Source: an uncultured Oleiphilus sp. (GTDB lineage Bacteria > Pseudomonadota > Gammaproteobacteria > Pseudomonadales > Oleiphilaceae). Taken from it: 64,000 bases of DNA. The position numbers were made by a program, and so were the translations under genes. The DNA lies in NCBI GenBank assembly GCA_913020495.1, contig CAJWBJ010000005.1, positions 1,731 through 65,730 on the forward strand. The letters run 5' to 3'. This document shows positions 50,744 to 60,123 of the stretch, piece by piece (the first letter of the stretch is position 1; each line of letters starts with the position of its first letter). Below the pieces are notes generated by a model. That model worked only from the letters and a program-made list of their open reading frames with translations, did not search any database and was not told where the DNA came from.

Positions 50744-52309
50744 ATGAGCTTTATTTGGATTTTGGTTGCTTTTTTATTTGGCTTTATGGCTAAACAAATA
50801 GGCCTTCCTCCTTTGGTTGGTTACCTTTCTGCCGGTTTTATTTTACATGCATTTGATGTGACTCCTGCCGAAAATCTCGATGCTTTCGCGGACTTAGGCA
50901 TTACGCTCATGCTTTTTACCATCGGCCTTAAGGTTAATATAAAAGATTTATTACGTATGCAGGTCTGGGGTTCTGCTATTACACACATGAGTGTCTGGTC
51001 TATATTATTATTTGGACTATTGTCTCTAATCTCTAGTGTTGCAACACTTACCTATTTAAATTTTAATTTTCAGCAAGCTGCCATTATTGGTTTTGCACTA
51101 AGTTTCAGTAGTACAGTTTGTGTTTTTAAAATGCTTGAAGGCAGCTCTGAACTAAAAACACGTCATAGTGATTTATCTATAAGTATTTTAATCTTACAAG
51201 ATCTGGCTGCTGTTATATTTTTGGTTTTGGCTATCGGTAAAACTCCAAATATATGGGTGTTTGCATTAATAGGTTTAGTTTTTGTTCGACCTATCTTTAA
51301 TAAGATTTCAAATATGAGCGGTCATGGTGAATTAATTCCGCTTCTTGGTTTTTTACTCGCACTAGGCGGCAGTGAGATTTTTAAAGCAGTTGATATGAAA
51401 GGGGATTTGGGGGCGCTGGTGCTTGGTATGCTCGTAGCAGGATTGCCAAAGGCGAATGAGCTGTATAAATCTTTAATGAGTTTTAAGGATTTGTTTCTTA
51501 TCGGGTTCTTTTTATCAATTGGTTTCACTGCTCTGCCTACTTTAGAAATGTGGTACATCGCTTCTGCTTTACTATTATTGCTGCCTTTAAAGTTTATTCT
51601 TTTTCATTTCGTGTTTGCCGTATTTTATTTTAGGGCTCGTACTTCTTTTTTGTCTTCTCTGCTCCTCACTAATTTTAGTGAGTTTGGTTTAATTGTGATT
51701 AGCTTGAGTGTAAGTCAGGGTTGGTTGGCAGAACAAAGTCTGGTCATTATAGCTTTAACAATCTCTATGTCGTTTGTTATCAATATATTGGCGTATAAGT
51801 ATGCACACGCAATTTTTACGCTGAATAAATCAATTATTTCTCGGTTTCAACGTAACTCAGTTGCACGGTCGTATGTTTTTGAAAGTCCTGTTGGTGCTGA
51901 AGTAATAATTGTTGGAATGGGCCGAGTTGGTCTAGGTGCTTATGAAGACTTAGCGCCAGAATTAGGCACAAAAGTTTGGGGTGTCGAGGTAGATAAAAAA
52001 CGTGCAAAGGGCTTTAAAGAGCAGGGCTTGAATGTTGTTTTTGGTGATGGGGATGATATTGAGTTTTGGGAGCATATTTGCCTAAAGGATGTGAAACTCA
52101 TTATGCTGGCAATTCCAACTGTGACAGAAATGAAAAACATACTCTACCAGCTTCAACAGACCGAATATCGTGGACGTATAGCCGCCATTGCACGTTTTGA
52201 GGATGAACGGCGTGACTTAATAGCTCTTGGTGCGGATGTGGCTTTTAATTACTATGAAGAAGTAGGGGCTGGCTTTGCAGAAGAAAGTCGCCATTTGATA
52301 CATTTATGA
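50744..52309 (+). CDS. CPA2 cation:proton antiporter with C-terminal TrkA-N (Kef-type)
   Basis: 521 aa. Na_H exchanger-like 11-12 helices, then a Rossmann motif VIIVGMGRVGLGAYEDL. Confidence 0.8.
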   Translation: MSFIWILVAFLFGFMAKQIGLPPLVGYLSAGFILHAFDVTPAENLDAFADLGITLMLFTIGLKVNIKDLLRMQVWGSAITHMSVWSILLFGLLSLISSVATLTYLNFNFQQAAIIGFALSFSSTVCVFKMLEGSSELKTRHSDLSISILILQDLAAVIFLVLAIGKTPNIWVFALIGLVFVRPIFNKISNMSGHGELIPLLGFLLALGGSEIFKAVDMKGDLGALVLGMLVAGLPKANELYKSLMSFKDLFLIGFFLSIGFTALPTLEMWYIASALLLLLPLKFILFHFVFAVFYFRARTSFLSSLLLTNFSEFGLIVISLSVSQGWLAEQSLVIIALTISMSFVINILAYKYAHAIFTLNKSIISRFQRNSVARSYVFESPVGAEVIIVGMGRVGLGAYEDLAPELGTKVWGVEVDKKRAKGFKEQGLNVVFGDGDDIEFWEHICLKDVKLIMLAIPTVTEMKNILYQLQQTEYRGRIAAIARFEDERRDLIALGADVAFNYYEEVGAGFAEESRHLIHL

Positions 52310-53169
52310 TACGTACTTTACTGCTCATATTATTGTTTTGTTTTTCTTACGCGACTAAAGCCGAGCTTAATGTGATGGCGATTAATGCGGAATGGTTATG
52401 GACACCTCACGATAACCACATAGACGGAGGGAAATATAACAAAGGCGATATGTCACCTTTCGCTTATCATAATGAGCTAAATTTCTACGCATCACTTGTT
52501 CATAAAAAGTCGGTACAAATTTTAGCCATAAGCGAAATCGAGAATGAAATCGTCGCAGATGATTTAGCGAAAACATTTGGTCCCGACTGGAAAGCCTACT
52601 TCAAACAAGGGCGTGACACTGCAACAGGTCAAGATGTTGCAATAATTTCTAATCTTGATTATGTGAAAGACTCCTTAACGGATTTTGGTTTTCCTTACGG
52701 TCAATTATCTGGTTTTTTTGATAAAAAGAAGCGTTTGAGTAAAGTTGTTGGTGCTCAATTCTGGGTTAAGTCAGGTACAAAGCAACACAAAGTTGGCGTG
52801 ATTACCGCTCATTTTTTATCCAAACGAAAAGACAATATAAAAAAGTCACAGAATCGCCAAAGACAGTCTTATGCGCTGGTTAAAGCGATGAATGATTTTC
52901 TCATAGACGTCGATAAACTAATTGTTTTAGGAGATTTCAATGACTTTATTGAATCAGAAACTCTTTCGATACTAATGAGAGCACATAATCTTCATTCATC
53001 TGAAATAATGATGGGAAAAGTGAATGTTAATCAATCAAAGAAAAAGAGAATGTGGAAAATCGATCATATTTTATATCGCAATCTTCGAGCAACAAACTTT
53101 CTCAGAATTGATCTGAAAAAATATTCAGATCATGATGCAGTCTACACCAGCTTTAGTCTAAGTGAATAA
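52306..53169 (+). CDS. secreted endonuclease/exonuclease/phosphatase (EEP) family protein
   Basis: 287 aa. Signal peptide ...CFSYATKA. LGDFND and C-terminal SDHDAVY motifs. ATGA overlap with the antiporter stop. Confidence 0.7.
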   Translation: MIRTLLLILLFCFSYATKAELNVMAINAEWLWTPHDNHIDGGKYNKGDMSPFAYHNELNFYASLVHKKSVQILAISEIENEIVADDLAKTFGPDWKAYFKQGRDTATGQDVAIISNLDYVKDSLTDFGFPYGQLSGFFDKKKRLSKVVGAQFWVKSGTKQHKVGVITAHFLSKRKDNIKKSQNRQRQSYALVKAMNDFLIDVDKLIVLGDFNDFIESETLSILMRAHNLHSSEIMMGKVNVNQSKKKRMWKIDHILYRNLRATNFLRIDLKKYSDHDAVYTSFSLSE

Positions 53170-53171
53170 AA

Positions 53172-53241
53172 AAGAAACAAAGAAACAAAGAAACAAAGAA
53201 ACAAAGAAACAAAGAAACAAAGAAACAAAGAAACAAAGAAA
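53172..53241 (+). repeat. octanucleotide microsatellite (AAGAAACA) x 8.75
   Basis: Eight perfect copies plus a 6-nt partial copy, starting 2 nt after the EEP stop codon. Intergenic. Confidence 0.95.
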
Positions 53242-53767
53242 TTATGCCATAGCAAAGCACTTCTTCTTGTCATATGGAAATTTGATGTCCTCATTTTTTG
53301 GCTCAATTGATATGCCACTATAATTTTCTTGATAATGCCTCATATGTTAAGTAGGAAGAAATACAGCCTGAACAAATTCAGCCTTAATTTTAATTATCTG
53401 GCTTGATAGACCAATGAATTTTAGCCATTATCCTTCTGCTACTATTCTAGGTATTGTTTGTTAAAACCCACTCATTGTGAATGCTTTTGGGGAATTGTTA
53501 TTTCTCAACTTAATTTCAACCCCCTTTAAAACCACGTAGCTATGTGAAATATTATATGCAAAGCTATTAAAGCTTATAACAAGTTAAGCGTGATTTTAAC
53601 AAGCCAATTAATATAGCGGCTTTAACAAAAAGTGGCGTTAGTTGCTAAATGTTTGTGTGCAGTCTCCAAGCAACGGTTTAAATTTATTAATCAGCAAGCT
53701 TTGTAGCACCAATGATACAAAGCAATATTTGAATTCATTTAATGACAATTTAAGGAAAGGTACTTAC

Positions 53768-55066
53768 ATGTCTCAACAAGTAAGAAAGGTCGCTATAATT
53801 GGCGGTTCAAGAATTCCATTTGCCCGATCTAATTCAGCATATTCACACTCCAGTAATCAGGAGATGTTAACGGCAGCTTTAAATGGTGTCGTCAATAAAT
53901 TTAATTTACAAGGTGAGCGATTAGGTGAGGTTGTTGCTGGTTCTGTCATTAAGCATAGTCGTGATTTTAACTTAACACGAGAATGTGTTTTGAGCACTGA
54001 ATTAGATGCAGATACGCCGTGTTTAGATATTCAGCAGGCATGTGGTACAGGCTTACAAGCAGCAATGTTAGTAGCCAATAAAATTGCATTAGGCCAAATA
54101 GAATGTGGTATCGCCGGTGGCTCAGATACAACTTCAGATGCTCCAATTGGTGTAAGTGAAGGTCTTAGAAAGATACTATTAGATTTAAATCGGGCAAAAA
54201 CGAATGTTGATAAGCTCAAAATTGCATCAAAGATAAGACCTAAACATTTGGCACCACTTCTTCCAGCAAATGGAGAACCAAGAACCAAAATGTCGATGGG
54301 ACAGCATTGTGAAGTTACCGTCAAGGAATGGGGAACTTCACGAAAGGCTCAAGATGAGATAGCTTTTAAAAGTCACAGAAATTTAGCCGCAGCTTATGAA
54401 GACGGTTTTTTTGATGACTTGATCGTACCTTTTAATGGTTTAGCAAAAGACAACCTTGTGCGCGCTGATATTTCGCTAGAAAAACTAGCTTCTTTAAAAC
54501 CGGCTTTTGACAAAAAAAGCGGGAATGGTTCGCTAACTGCAGGTAATAGTTCAGCATTAACCGATGGCGCATCTGCGGTACTCTTCGCCAGCGAAGCGTG
54601 GGCAAAAGCTCATAACTTGCCAATACAAGCGTATTTAACCTATTACGAAACTGCATCTGTTGATTTCATTGGAAAGAATCATGACTATAAAGAAGGGCTT
54701 CTAATGGCACCTACTTATGGGATTTCTCGAATGTTAGATCGTGCAGAACTCACGCTTCAAGATTTTGACTTCTATGAAATTCATGAGGCTTTTGCCGGAG
54801 TAGTGTTAACGACGCTCGCAGCCTTGGATGATAAGAAATTCTGCAAAGACCGCCTTGGTCGAAATAAAAAACATGGATCTATTGATCGTAGCAAATTGAA
54901 TGTCAAAGGTAGCTCTATCGCTGTTGGGCACCCATTTGCTGCAACCGGAGGTCGCATTATATCTACGCTGGCTAAAATGCTAGAGGAAAAGGGAAGTGGT
55001 CGAGGTTTAATATCAATATGTGCTGCGGGCGGTCAAGGCGTCACAGCCATCTTAGAACGCCCATAG
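53768..55066 (+). CDS. acetyl-CoA C-acyltransferase (thiolase)
   Basis: The ATG at 53768 (MSQQVRKVAIIGGSRIPF) follows AAGGAAAGG. Active-site QQACGTGLQA, and C-terminal GSSIAVGHPFAATGGR and CAAGGQG. The track's 42-aa N-extension is rejected. Confidence 0.88.
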   Translation: MSQQVRKVAIIGGSRIPFARSNSAYSHSSNQEMLTAALNGVVNKFNLQGERLGEVVAGSVIKHSRDFNLTRECVLSTELDADTPCLDIQQACGTGLQAAMLVANKIALGQIECGIAGGSDTTSDAPIGVSEGLRKILLDLNRAKTNVDKLKIASKIRPKHLAPLLPANGEPRTKMSMGQHCEVTVKEWGTSRKAQDEIAFKSHRNLAAAYEDGFFDDLIVPFNGLAKDNLVRADISLEKLASLKPAFDKKSGNGSLTAGNSSALTDGASAVLFASEAWAKAHNLPIQAYLTYYETASVDFIGKNHDYKEGLLMAPTYGISRMLDRAELTLQDFDFYEIHEAFAGVVLTTLAALDDKKFCKDRLGRNKKHGSIDRSKLNVKGSSIAVGHPFAATGGRIISTLAKMLEEKGSGRGLISICAAGGQGVTAILERP

Positions 55067-55123
55067 GAAACGTTTAAAGGTAAAAGTGATGGTAGAGCGT
55101 TATACCCAGAAACTATACCATCA

Positions 55124-55303
55124 CTACTTATCACCTAATTTTTGTTCAAGATCTATTAAAAGCGCCTCCAAGTGGTCCACATTATGTTGCTGCTGAGCGC
55201 TTAATTCTCGTGTTGCAGACACCAAAATATTTAGCGTTTCTGCTGTTATATTGGGGTGATTTGCTTGTTCTTTGATATCTTCATACGATAATTTTTTAGT
55301 CAT
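55124..55303 (-). CDS. 59-aa hypothetical protein (below the track cutoff)
   Basis: ATG preceded by AAAGGAGAG at 7-nt spacing. MTKKLSYEDIKEQANHPNITAETLNILVSATRELSAQQQHNVDHLEALLIDLEQKLGDK, with a clean 60-codon frame. Lies 98 nt downstream of the EamA gene on the same strand. Confidence 0.45.
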   Translation of the reverse strand: MTKKLSYEDIKEQANHPNITAETLNILVSATRELSAQQQHNVDHLEALLIDLEQKLGDK

Positions 55304-55401
55304 AAATCTCTCCTTTAATGTTACCTAACAGTTTAGTTGAGATTCATTTTTTTTCACTGTCTGATAATCCATAAAATTTCTTAGCAGCAGTCTTGCTTAG
55401 G

Positions 55402-56316
55402 TTAAGATTTGACCTCAGATCTTGTGGTCAATTTTGATATTTCAATATATGAGCAGGCTAGCACTGTCGCAGCACCTAGCGTCACTTGAAGTGAGGCTGT
55501 TTCATTTAAGAGTATGAAAGCTAAAATTGACCCCATTACAGGTTGAAGGCATCCGATAATGCTAACAGATCTAGCACCAACTCTAGTAATGCCATAAGTC
55601 ATTAAAGAATGGGGAAGTGCTGTAAAGAATATGCCAAGTAATAACCATAAATACCATTCATGCGATAAGGACATGACCACGTTGCTGCTAGCATCGCAGA
55701 AAATTGATACTGCTAGCAGAACAAAACCAATAGTAATTGTTTGATAGTAAATACTATGATGGGCGGGGTAAGAACTAAAAAGACGATGCTGCAATATATT
55801 TCTACAAGCAAAGCAGAAAGCTGAAAATAGCCCAAAGGCTAAACCAAGAACATTATTTGATTGCGTATCATGATTGGCTGCACCCATCAAAGCTACACCT
55901 AAAAAGAGGACGATCGTTGTAAGGATGTCAGCTGTCCCTAGCGCTTGTTTAAAAAACATTCTTTCAAGGAATAGAGTAATCACCGGGTAGGTATATAGTG
56001 CAGTCATACCAAGCGTAACCGTCGAAATTTTCATAGCATAAAAATAACTTAGCCAGTGCATACCCAATAATAGTCCCAGGACTATACTGACGGCATAATC
56101 CCGACGATTTCTTAGCGCGATATTTTCTTTACGCAAACGAGTAAGAAGCAATATTGCAAAGGCTGCAATGAATGCACGCAACATCGTGAGTGTAAGTACC
56201 CCTGTCATTAATCCTTTCGCAAAATATCCATTGCCTGCTAACAGGAAAATTGCTGTCAGTGTTGAGAGTATCCCCCAGTATTTTGATTTTAAATTTGTTT
56301 GATCATTACCAGTCAT
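55402..56316 (-). CDS. EamA/DMT-family transporter
   Basis: 304 aa, ten helices. Start overlaps the preceding CcoG-like gene by 11 nt. Confidence 0.75.
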   Translation of the reverse strand: MTGNDQTNLKSKYWGILSTLTAIFLLAGNGYFAKGLMTGVLTLTMLRAFIAAFAILLLTRLRKENIALRNRRDYAVSIVLGLLLGMHWLSYFYAMKISTVTLGMTALYTYPVITLFLERMFFKQALGTADILTTIVLFLGVALMGAANHDTQSNNVLGLAFGLFSAFCFACRNILQHRLFSSYPAHHSIYYQTITIGFVLLAVSIFCDASSNVVMSLSHEWYLWLLLGIFFTALPHSLMTYGITRVGARSVSIIGCLQPVMGSILAFILLNETASLQVTLGAATVLACSYIEISKLTTRSEVKS

Positions 56317-57772
56317 TGATTGGACCCAAAAACTTGCTATTTACTGTAACGCTTGCGTGCTCTTGGTTTACTTCTTGAAGTTTGAAACGAATCTCCATGG
56401 CTGGTTCGCTAATGTTCGTAGGGTCCATAACCACACTTATCGGGAAATTCTTTACTTCACCCGGACCTACCTTAAGCAGGTTTTTTGATGCTAGGCTGGC
56501 ATCGATGTTTTCAATGTATAGTATGTATTTTTCAGCCCGCTCCTTTTTATTGATTACTTTCAGTAGATAAAAATTCTCAATCAAACCCATTCCATTTTCT
56601 TGATACAAGGCACCACGCTCACGCATAACCGAGAGTTCAAGCAAGGGTCGTTGAATTAGTAAAAGGGTAAAAATACTAACTGATAAAATAACTAGAGCAG
56701 CATAGGCAATTGTTTTGGCATCGAACTTTCGTTGAGGTTTGCCCGTTTCAAATTCCTTTTCGGAAGCATAGCGTATTAGCCCAGTACTGTAATTCAGCTT
56801 TTTCATGATACTGTCACAAGCATCGATACATAAGGCACAGCCTATACACTCATATTGTAAACCGTCCCTGATATCGATGCCTGTAGGGCAAACTTGTACG
56901 CATAGCTGGCAGTCTACACAATCGCCTAGGCCTGATTTAATTTCTTGTCTTGAGCGGCTACCTCGAGGCTCGCCTCTCTGCTTGTCATAACCGACAATTA
57001 AAGTATTTTCATTGAACATGACCGACTGAAAACGCGCATAAGGACACATATAAATGCATACCTGTTCACGTAACCAACCTGCATTGATATAGGTTGCTGC
57101 TGTAAAAAATATGATCCAGAATATTGCCCATGAGCTAGTTAAAGACAGTGAACCTATGTCTGCGATTAATTCTCTAACAGGAATAAAATAACCAACAAAG
57201 GTAATTCCGGTGGCTAGGGCAAGTAGCAACCAACTAAGGTGCTTGGCAGTTTTTCTCAGTAGTTTTTGTAAGTTAAGTCCGGATTTATCTGATTTTATGC
57301 GCTGGTTGCGACTACCTTCAAAGAATTCTTCTAACCAAATAAACATAAAAGACCAGACTGTTTGAGGGCAACTGTAACCACACCAGACACGACCAAACAA
57401 CGAGGTGATAAAAAATAAACCAAATGCAGAAATAATTAAAGCAAATGCCAGCAGGGTAAAATCCTGCGGCCAAAATATAGCGCCAAAGAGGTGAAACTTT
57501 CGTGCATCTATATCGAATAAAATTAGTGGTTCTCCGCCTACCGTAAACCAGCAAAAAGTGAAATACATGAGCAGTAATATTGTTAAGGAGTAAGCTCGTA
57601 TTTTTTGAAAGAAACCGGTAATTTTTCTTACATATATTTTTTTTCGTGAGGCATATAAACTCTGACTTACAATTTTTTGTGTATTTACTTCTCCTCCATG
57701 GCTGGCAAGGGAGGTTGTACCTTCGGGGTCGGAGACAGTATCGATAGCGATAAGAGGAATTTGCTTGTTCAT
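56306..57772 (-). CDS. ccoG: CcoG/FixG/RdxA-family membrane polyferredoxin
   Basis: 488 aa. GRVWCGYSCPQTVW, CIYMCPYARFQ, CVDCQLCVQVCPTGIDIRDG, CIGCALCIDACD. Its ATG shares ATGA with the DUF934 stop. Confidence 0.8.
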   Translation of the reverse strand: MNKQIPLIAIDTVSDPEGTTSLASHGGEVNTQKIVSQSLYASRKKIYVRKITGFFQKIRAYSLTILLLMYFTFCWFTVGGEPLILFDIDARKFHLFGAIFWPQDFTLLAFALIISAFGLFFITSLFGRVWCGYSCPQTVWSFMFIWLEEFFEGSRNQRIKSDKSGLNLQKLLRKTAKHLSWLLLALATGITFVGYFIPVRELIADIGSLSLTSSWAIFWIIFFTAATYINAGWLREQVCIYMCPYARFQSVMFNENTLIVGYDKQRGEPRGSRSRQEIKSGLGDCVDCQLCVQVCPTGIDIRDGLQYECIGCALCIDACDSIMKKLNYSTGLIRYASEKEFETGKPQRKFDAKTIAYAALVILSVSIFTLLLIQRPLLELSVMRERGALYQENGMGLIENFYLLKVINKKERAEKYILYIENIDASLASKNLLKVGPGEVKNFPISVVMDPTNISEPAMEIRFKLQEVNQEHASVTVNSKFLGPINDW

Positions 57773-58251
57773 AAGCTACCTGACTTGTTGAGTGTCGTTG
57801 TTGTGGAATTTGAACGAGGCGTATTGTTTAAGATAAATAAAGCGTGCTCAACATCACTGCCGTCAGGTAATGAAAAGGAGTCAACACCACAGTCCCTTAA
57901 TATTGCCATTTGATCGATAAGGAAATTACCTGCTATACGTAACTCACCTCGATATTCAATTTGACGTTTTAATAATATGGCTAAAGAGAATGCTCTACCA
58001 TCGTGAAAGTCTGATACATGGATACACAGCACGGGCAAGCTTAGGATCTGACTTGAAAAAACATCCAAATTCACTTGAGGTTCAAACCAGGCGCCGAGCC
58101 AGGTTTGGGGGAGCGGTTGTTGATCATTTGAACTCAGCGCAAGGAGCGGAAGCAAGGAAAACCAGGGGTAGTTTGAGACAGGTCTGTCAACTACATCTAT
58201 GGTGATCCACGGGTCTTCGATAACCAAATTTTGCTTAATTAGCATGCCCAT
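57769..58251 (-). CDS. DUF934 protein (sulfite-reductase-associated)
   Basis: 160 aa. FHDGRAFSLAILLKRQIEYRGELRIAGNFLIDQMAILRDCGVDSF matches the DUF934 core. Overlaps the upstream reductase by 17 nt. Confidence 0.75.
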   Translation of the reverse strand: MGMLIKQNLVIEDPWITIDVVDRPVSNYPWFSLLPLLALSSNDQQPLPQTWLGAWFEPQVNLDVFSSQILSLPVLCIHVSDFHDGRAFSLAILLKRQIEYRGELRIAGNFLIDQMAILRDCGVDSFSLPDGSDVEHALFILNNTPRSNSTTTTLNKSGSL

Positions 58252-59896
58252 AGACTCCCTCCTTAAAAATGGTTAAACCAACACGCGTAAAGGTATCTAT
58301 AAAGTTTTCCGAGCCAAGACGAAGAGAGCGAAAAATATGGATGATTTTTTTGATAACATTAGTAACTTCTGCAGCAGAAACAGATGGCCCAAGAATCTTA
58401 CCTAATTTAGATTCATTACCTTTACTGCCGCCTAGACTGATTTGAAAAAACTGCTGGCCTTTCTTATCGACACCTAAAATACCGATATTGGCCAAGTGAT
58501 GATGAGAGCAGGCGTTCATGCAGCCTGAAATATTAAGTGTTAGCTCACCTAAGTCATAAACAAAATCAAGGTCATCGTAAGCTTTCTGTATACTTTGGGC
58601 GATAGGAATGGATTCTGTATTTGCAAGACTGCAATAAGTTAACCCCGGGCAACAGATTATGTCATGCATTGTACCAATATTAGGTTCAGCGAGGCCTATT
58701 TTATCCAGTGCAAGCCACAGGTCGAAAAGGTCGATGATTGCAACGTCTGCCATCACTAGATTTTGCTGATGCGTACTACGAACTTCACCAAAGGAATAGC
58801 GGTCAGCCAGATCTGCTATGCGATCAAGTTGCTCGGCACTTACATCTCCTGGGGCAGACGAAGGGTTTTTAAGTGGAAGACTTACGGCGCGGTAATCTGA
58901 AACTTTGTGTGCTTGAGTATTTCGATTCAGCCAATTATCAAAGGCTGGTTTATCAGCTGAAAGCCTGTTTATTTGCGAAAGCTCTTGCGTTTCGAATTGT
59001 CGGTAACATGGTTTTGGAAAGTGTTTATTTATAGCGCTCACATGCTGGGCATGGAGCAGCTGACTATAAACCCGTACCTGCACAAGCGTTTGATCTATTT
59101 GATGTTTAAACTGCGTAATACCGATAGATTTAACAAGTATTTTGATTCTAGATTTATACTTGTTATCCCGTCGCCCATGCTGATTATATACGCGAAGAAT
59201 AGCTGTGAGATAATCTAAAATATCCTGCTCAGGAACAAATAGTTCAAGTGTTGAGCCAATTACAGGAGTTCTACCCAAGCCACCGCCAACTATAACTTGA
59301 AAGCCGATGCCTCTTTCTTTATCTACTTTGACACGAAGTCCAATATCATGGGCCTGTGTAATAGCTCTATCTTCTTTTGAGCCTGAAATGGCAATTTTAA
59401 ATTTACGTGGTAGATAGGCGAATTCTGGGTGGCCTAATGACCACTGCCTAATTATTTCACAATACGGTCTTGGGTCGATAATTTCATCTTGTGCCACGCC
59501 TGCAAAAGGGTCTGAAGTAATGTTGCGAATGCAGTTACCACTTGTTTGTATTGAATGTAAATCGGCTTCAGCTAAAGTTGCCAGTATCTCAGGCATGGCT
59601 TGCAAGTTTACCCAATTGAATTGAATATTTTGTCGAGTAGTTATGTGGCAATAACCTTCGTCAAAATTCCTAGCGACTTTGGCAAGTGTTCTTAACTGCT
59701 TGGAAGCCAGCATACCGTAGGGTACTGCAACGCGTAACATAGGAGACTGGCGCTGGTAATATAGACCTTGTTGTAATCGCAGAGGTCTAAATTTTTCGTC
59801 GCTGATTTTACCTGCCAGATTGCGTTCAATTTGTCGTTGAAAGATTAGACTGCGAGTTTTAAGCTGTGTCCGGTCTTGTTCATTATATTGATACAT
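58235..59896 (-). CDS. cysI: nitrite/sulfite reductase hemoprotein (siroheme/4Fe-4S, pseudomonad CysI type)
   Basis: 553 aa. TTRQNIQFNW, SGNCIRNITS, GGGLGRTP, and cluster ligands CCPGLTYC and SGCMNACSHH. Confidence 0.8.
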   Translation of the reverse strand: MYQYNEQDRTQLKTRSLIFQRQIERNLAGKISDEKFRPLRLQQGLYYQRQSPMLRVAVPYGMLASKQLRTLAKVARNFDEGYCHITTRQNIQFNWVNLQAMPEILATLAEADLHSIQTSGNCIRNITSDPFAGVAQDEIIDPRPYCEIIRQWSLGHPEFAYLPRKFKIAISGSKEDRAITQAHDIGLRVKVDKERGIGFQVIVGGGLGRTPVIGSTLELFVPEQDILDYLTAILRVYNQHGRRDNKYKSRIKILVKSIGITQFKHQIDQTLVQVRVYSQLLHAQHVSAINKHFPKPCYRQFETQELSQINRLSADKPAFDNWLNRNTQAHKVSDYRAVSLPLKNPSSAPGDVSAEQLDRIADLADRYSFGEVRSTHQQNLVMADVAIIDLFDLWLALDKIGLAEPNIGTMHDIICCPGLTYCSLANTESIPIAQSIQKAYDDLDFVYDLGELTLNISGCMNACSHHHLANIGILGVDKKGQQFFQISLGGSKGNESKLGKILGPSVSAAEVTNVIKKIIHIFRSLRLGSENFIDTFTRVGLTIFKEGVYGHAN

Positions 59897-59950
59897 AGTC
59901 TTTTGCCCTGTGTCACCAGGTGACGTGTTAATAATTAGTATATTAACTAG

Positions 59951-59967
59951 AGCAATGGATGTGCCAT
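59951..59967 (-). promoter_or_regulatory. sigma-54 (-24/-12) promoter
   Basis: Minus strand reads aTGGCACatccaTTGCTc, an exact TGGCAC-N5-TTGC. The TTGC lies 56 nt upstream of the reductase ATG and downstream of a sigma-54 activator gene. Confidence 0.7.
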
Positions 59968-60042
59968 TGATGAATTGTTTTTTATCTTATTGAATTATAA
60001 GTATAAATTAGTTCTTTGTGTTTGATTGGGTTGATTGTTGGA

Positions 60043-60088
60043 GTGATATATGGGCACGATATATCGCACTTGCGTGATATATCGTCAC
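60043..60088 (-). promoter_or_regulatory. candidate enhancer (UAS): three GATATAT(C/G) boxes
   Basis: GTGATATATGGGCAC, CGATATATCG (perfect 10-bp palindrome) and GTGATATATCGTCAC. These lie about 80-120 nt upstream of the -24 element. Confidence 0.45.
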
Positions 60089-60123
60089 AAAAAAGGTTGA
60101 TTATATCGTTTCGACTAAGCCGC

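Noticed and set aside
53172-53241. Repeat array considered as a CRISPR or a coding repeat
   Set aside because: The units are 8 nt and contiguous with no spacers, and no cas genes are present. The tract lies after a stop codon and no frame stays open across it in context.
55085-55125. 10-bp inverted repeat AGTGATGGTA ... TACCATCACT after the thiolase gene, considered as a terminator
   Set aside because: The loop is 21 nt, there is no U-tract, and the right arm overlaps the stop of the 59-aa ORF. That is too weak to call.
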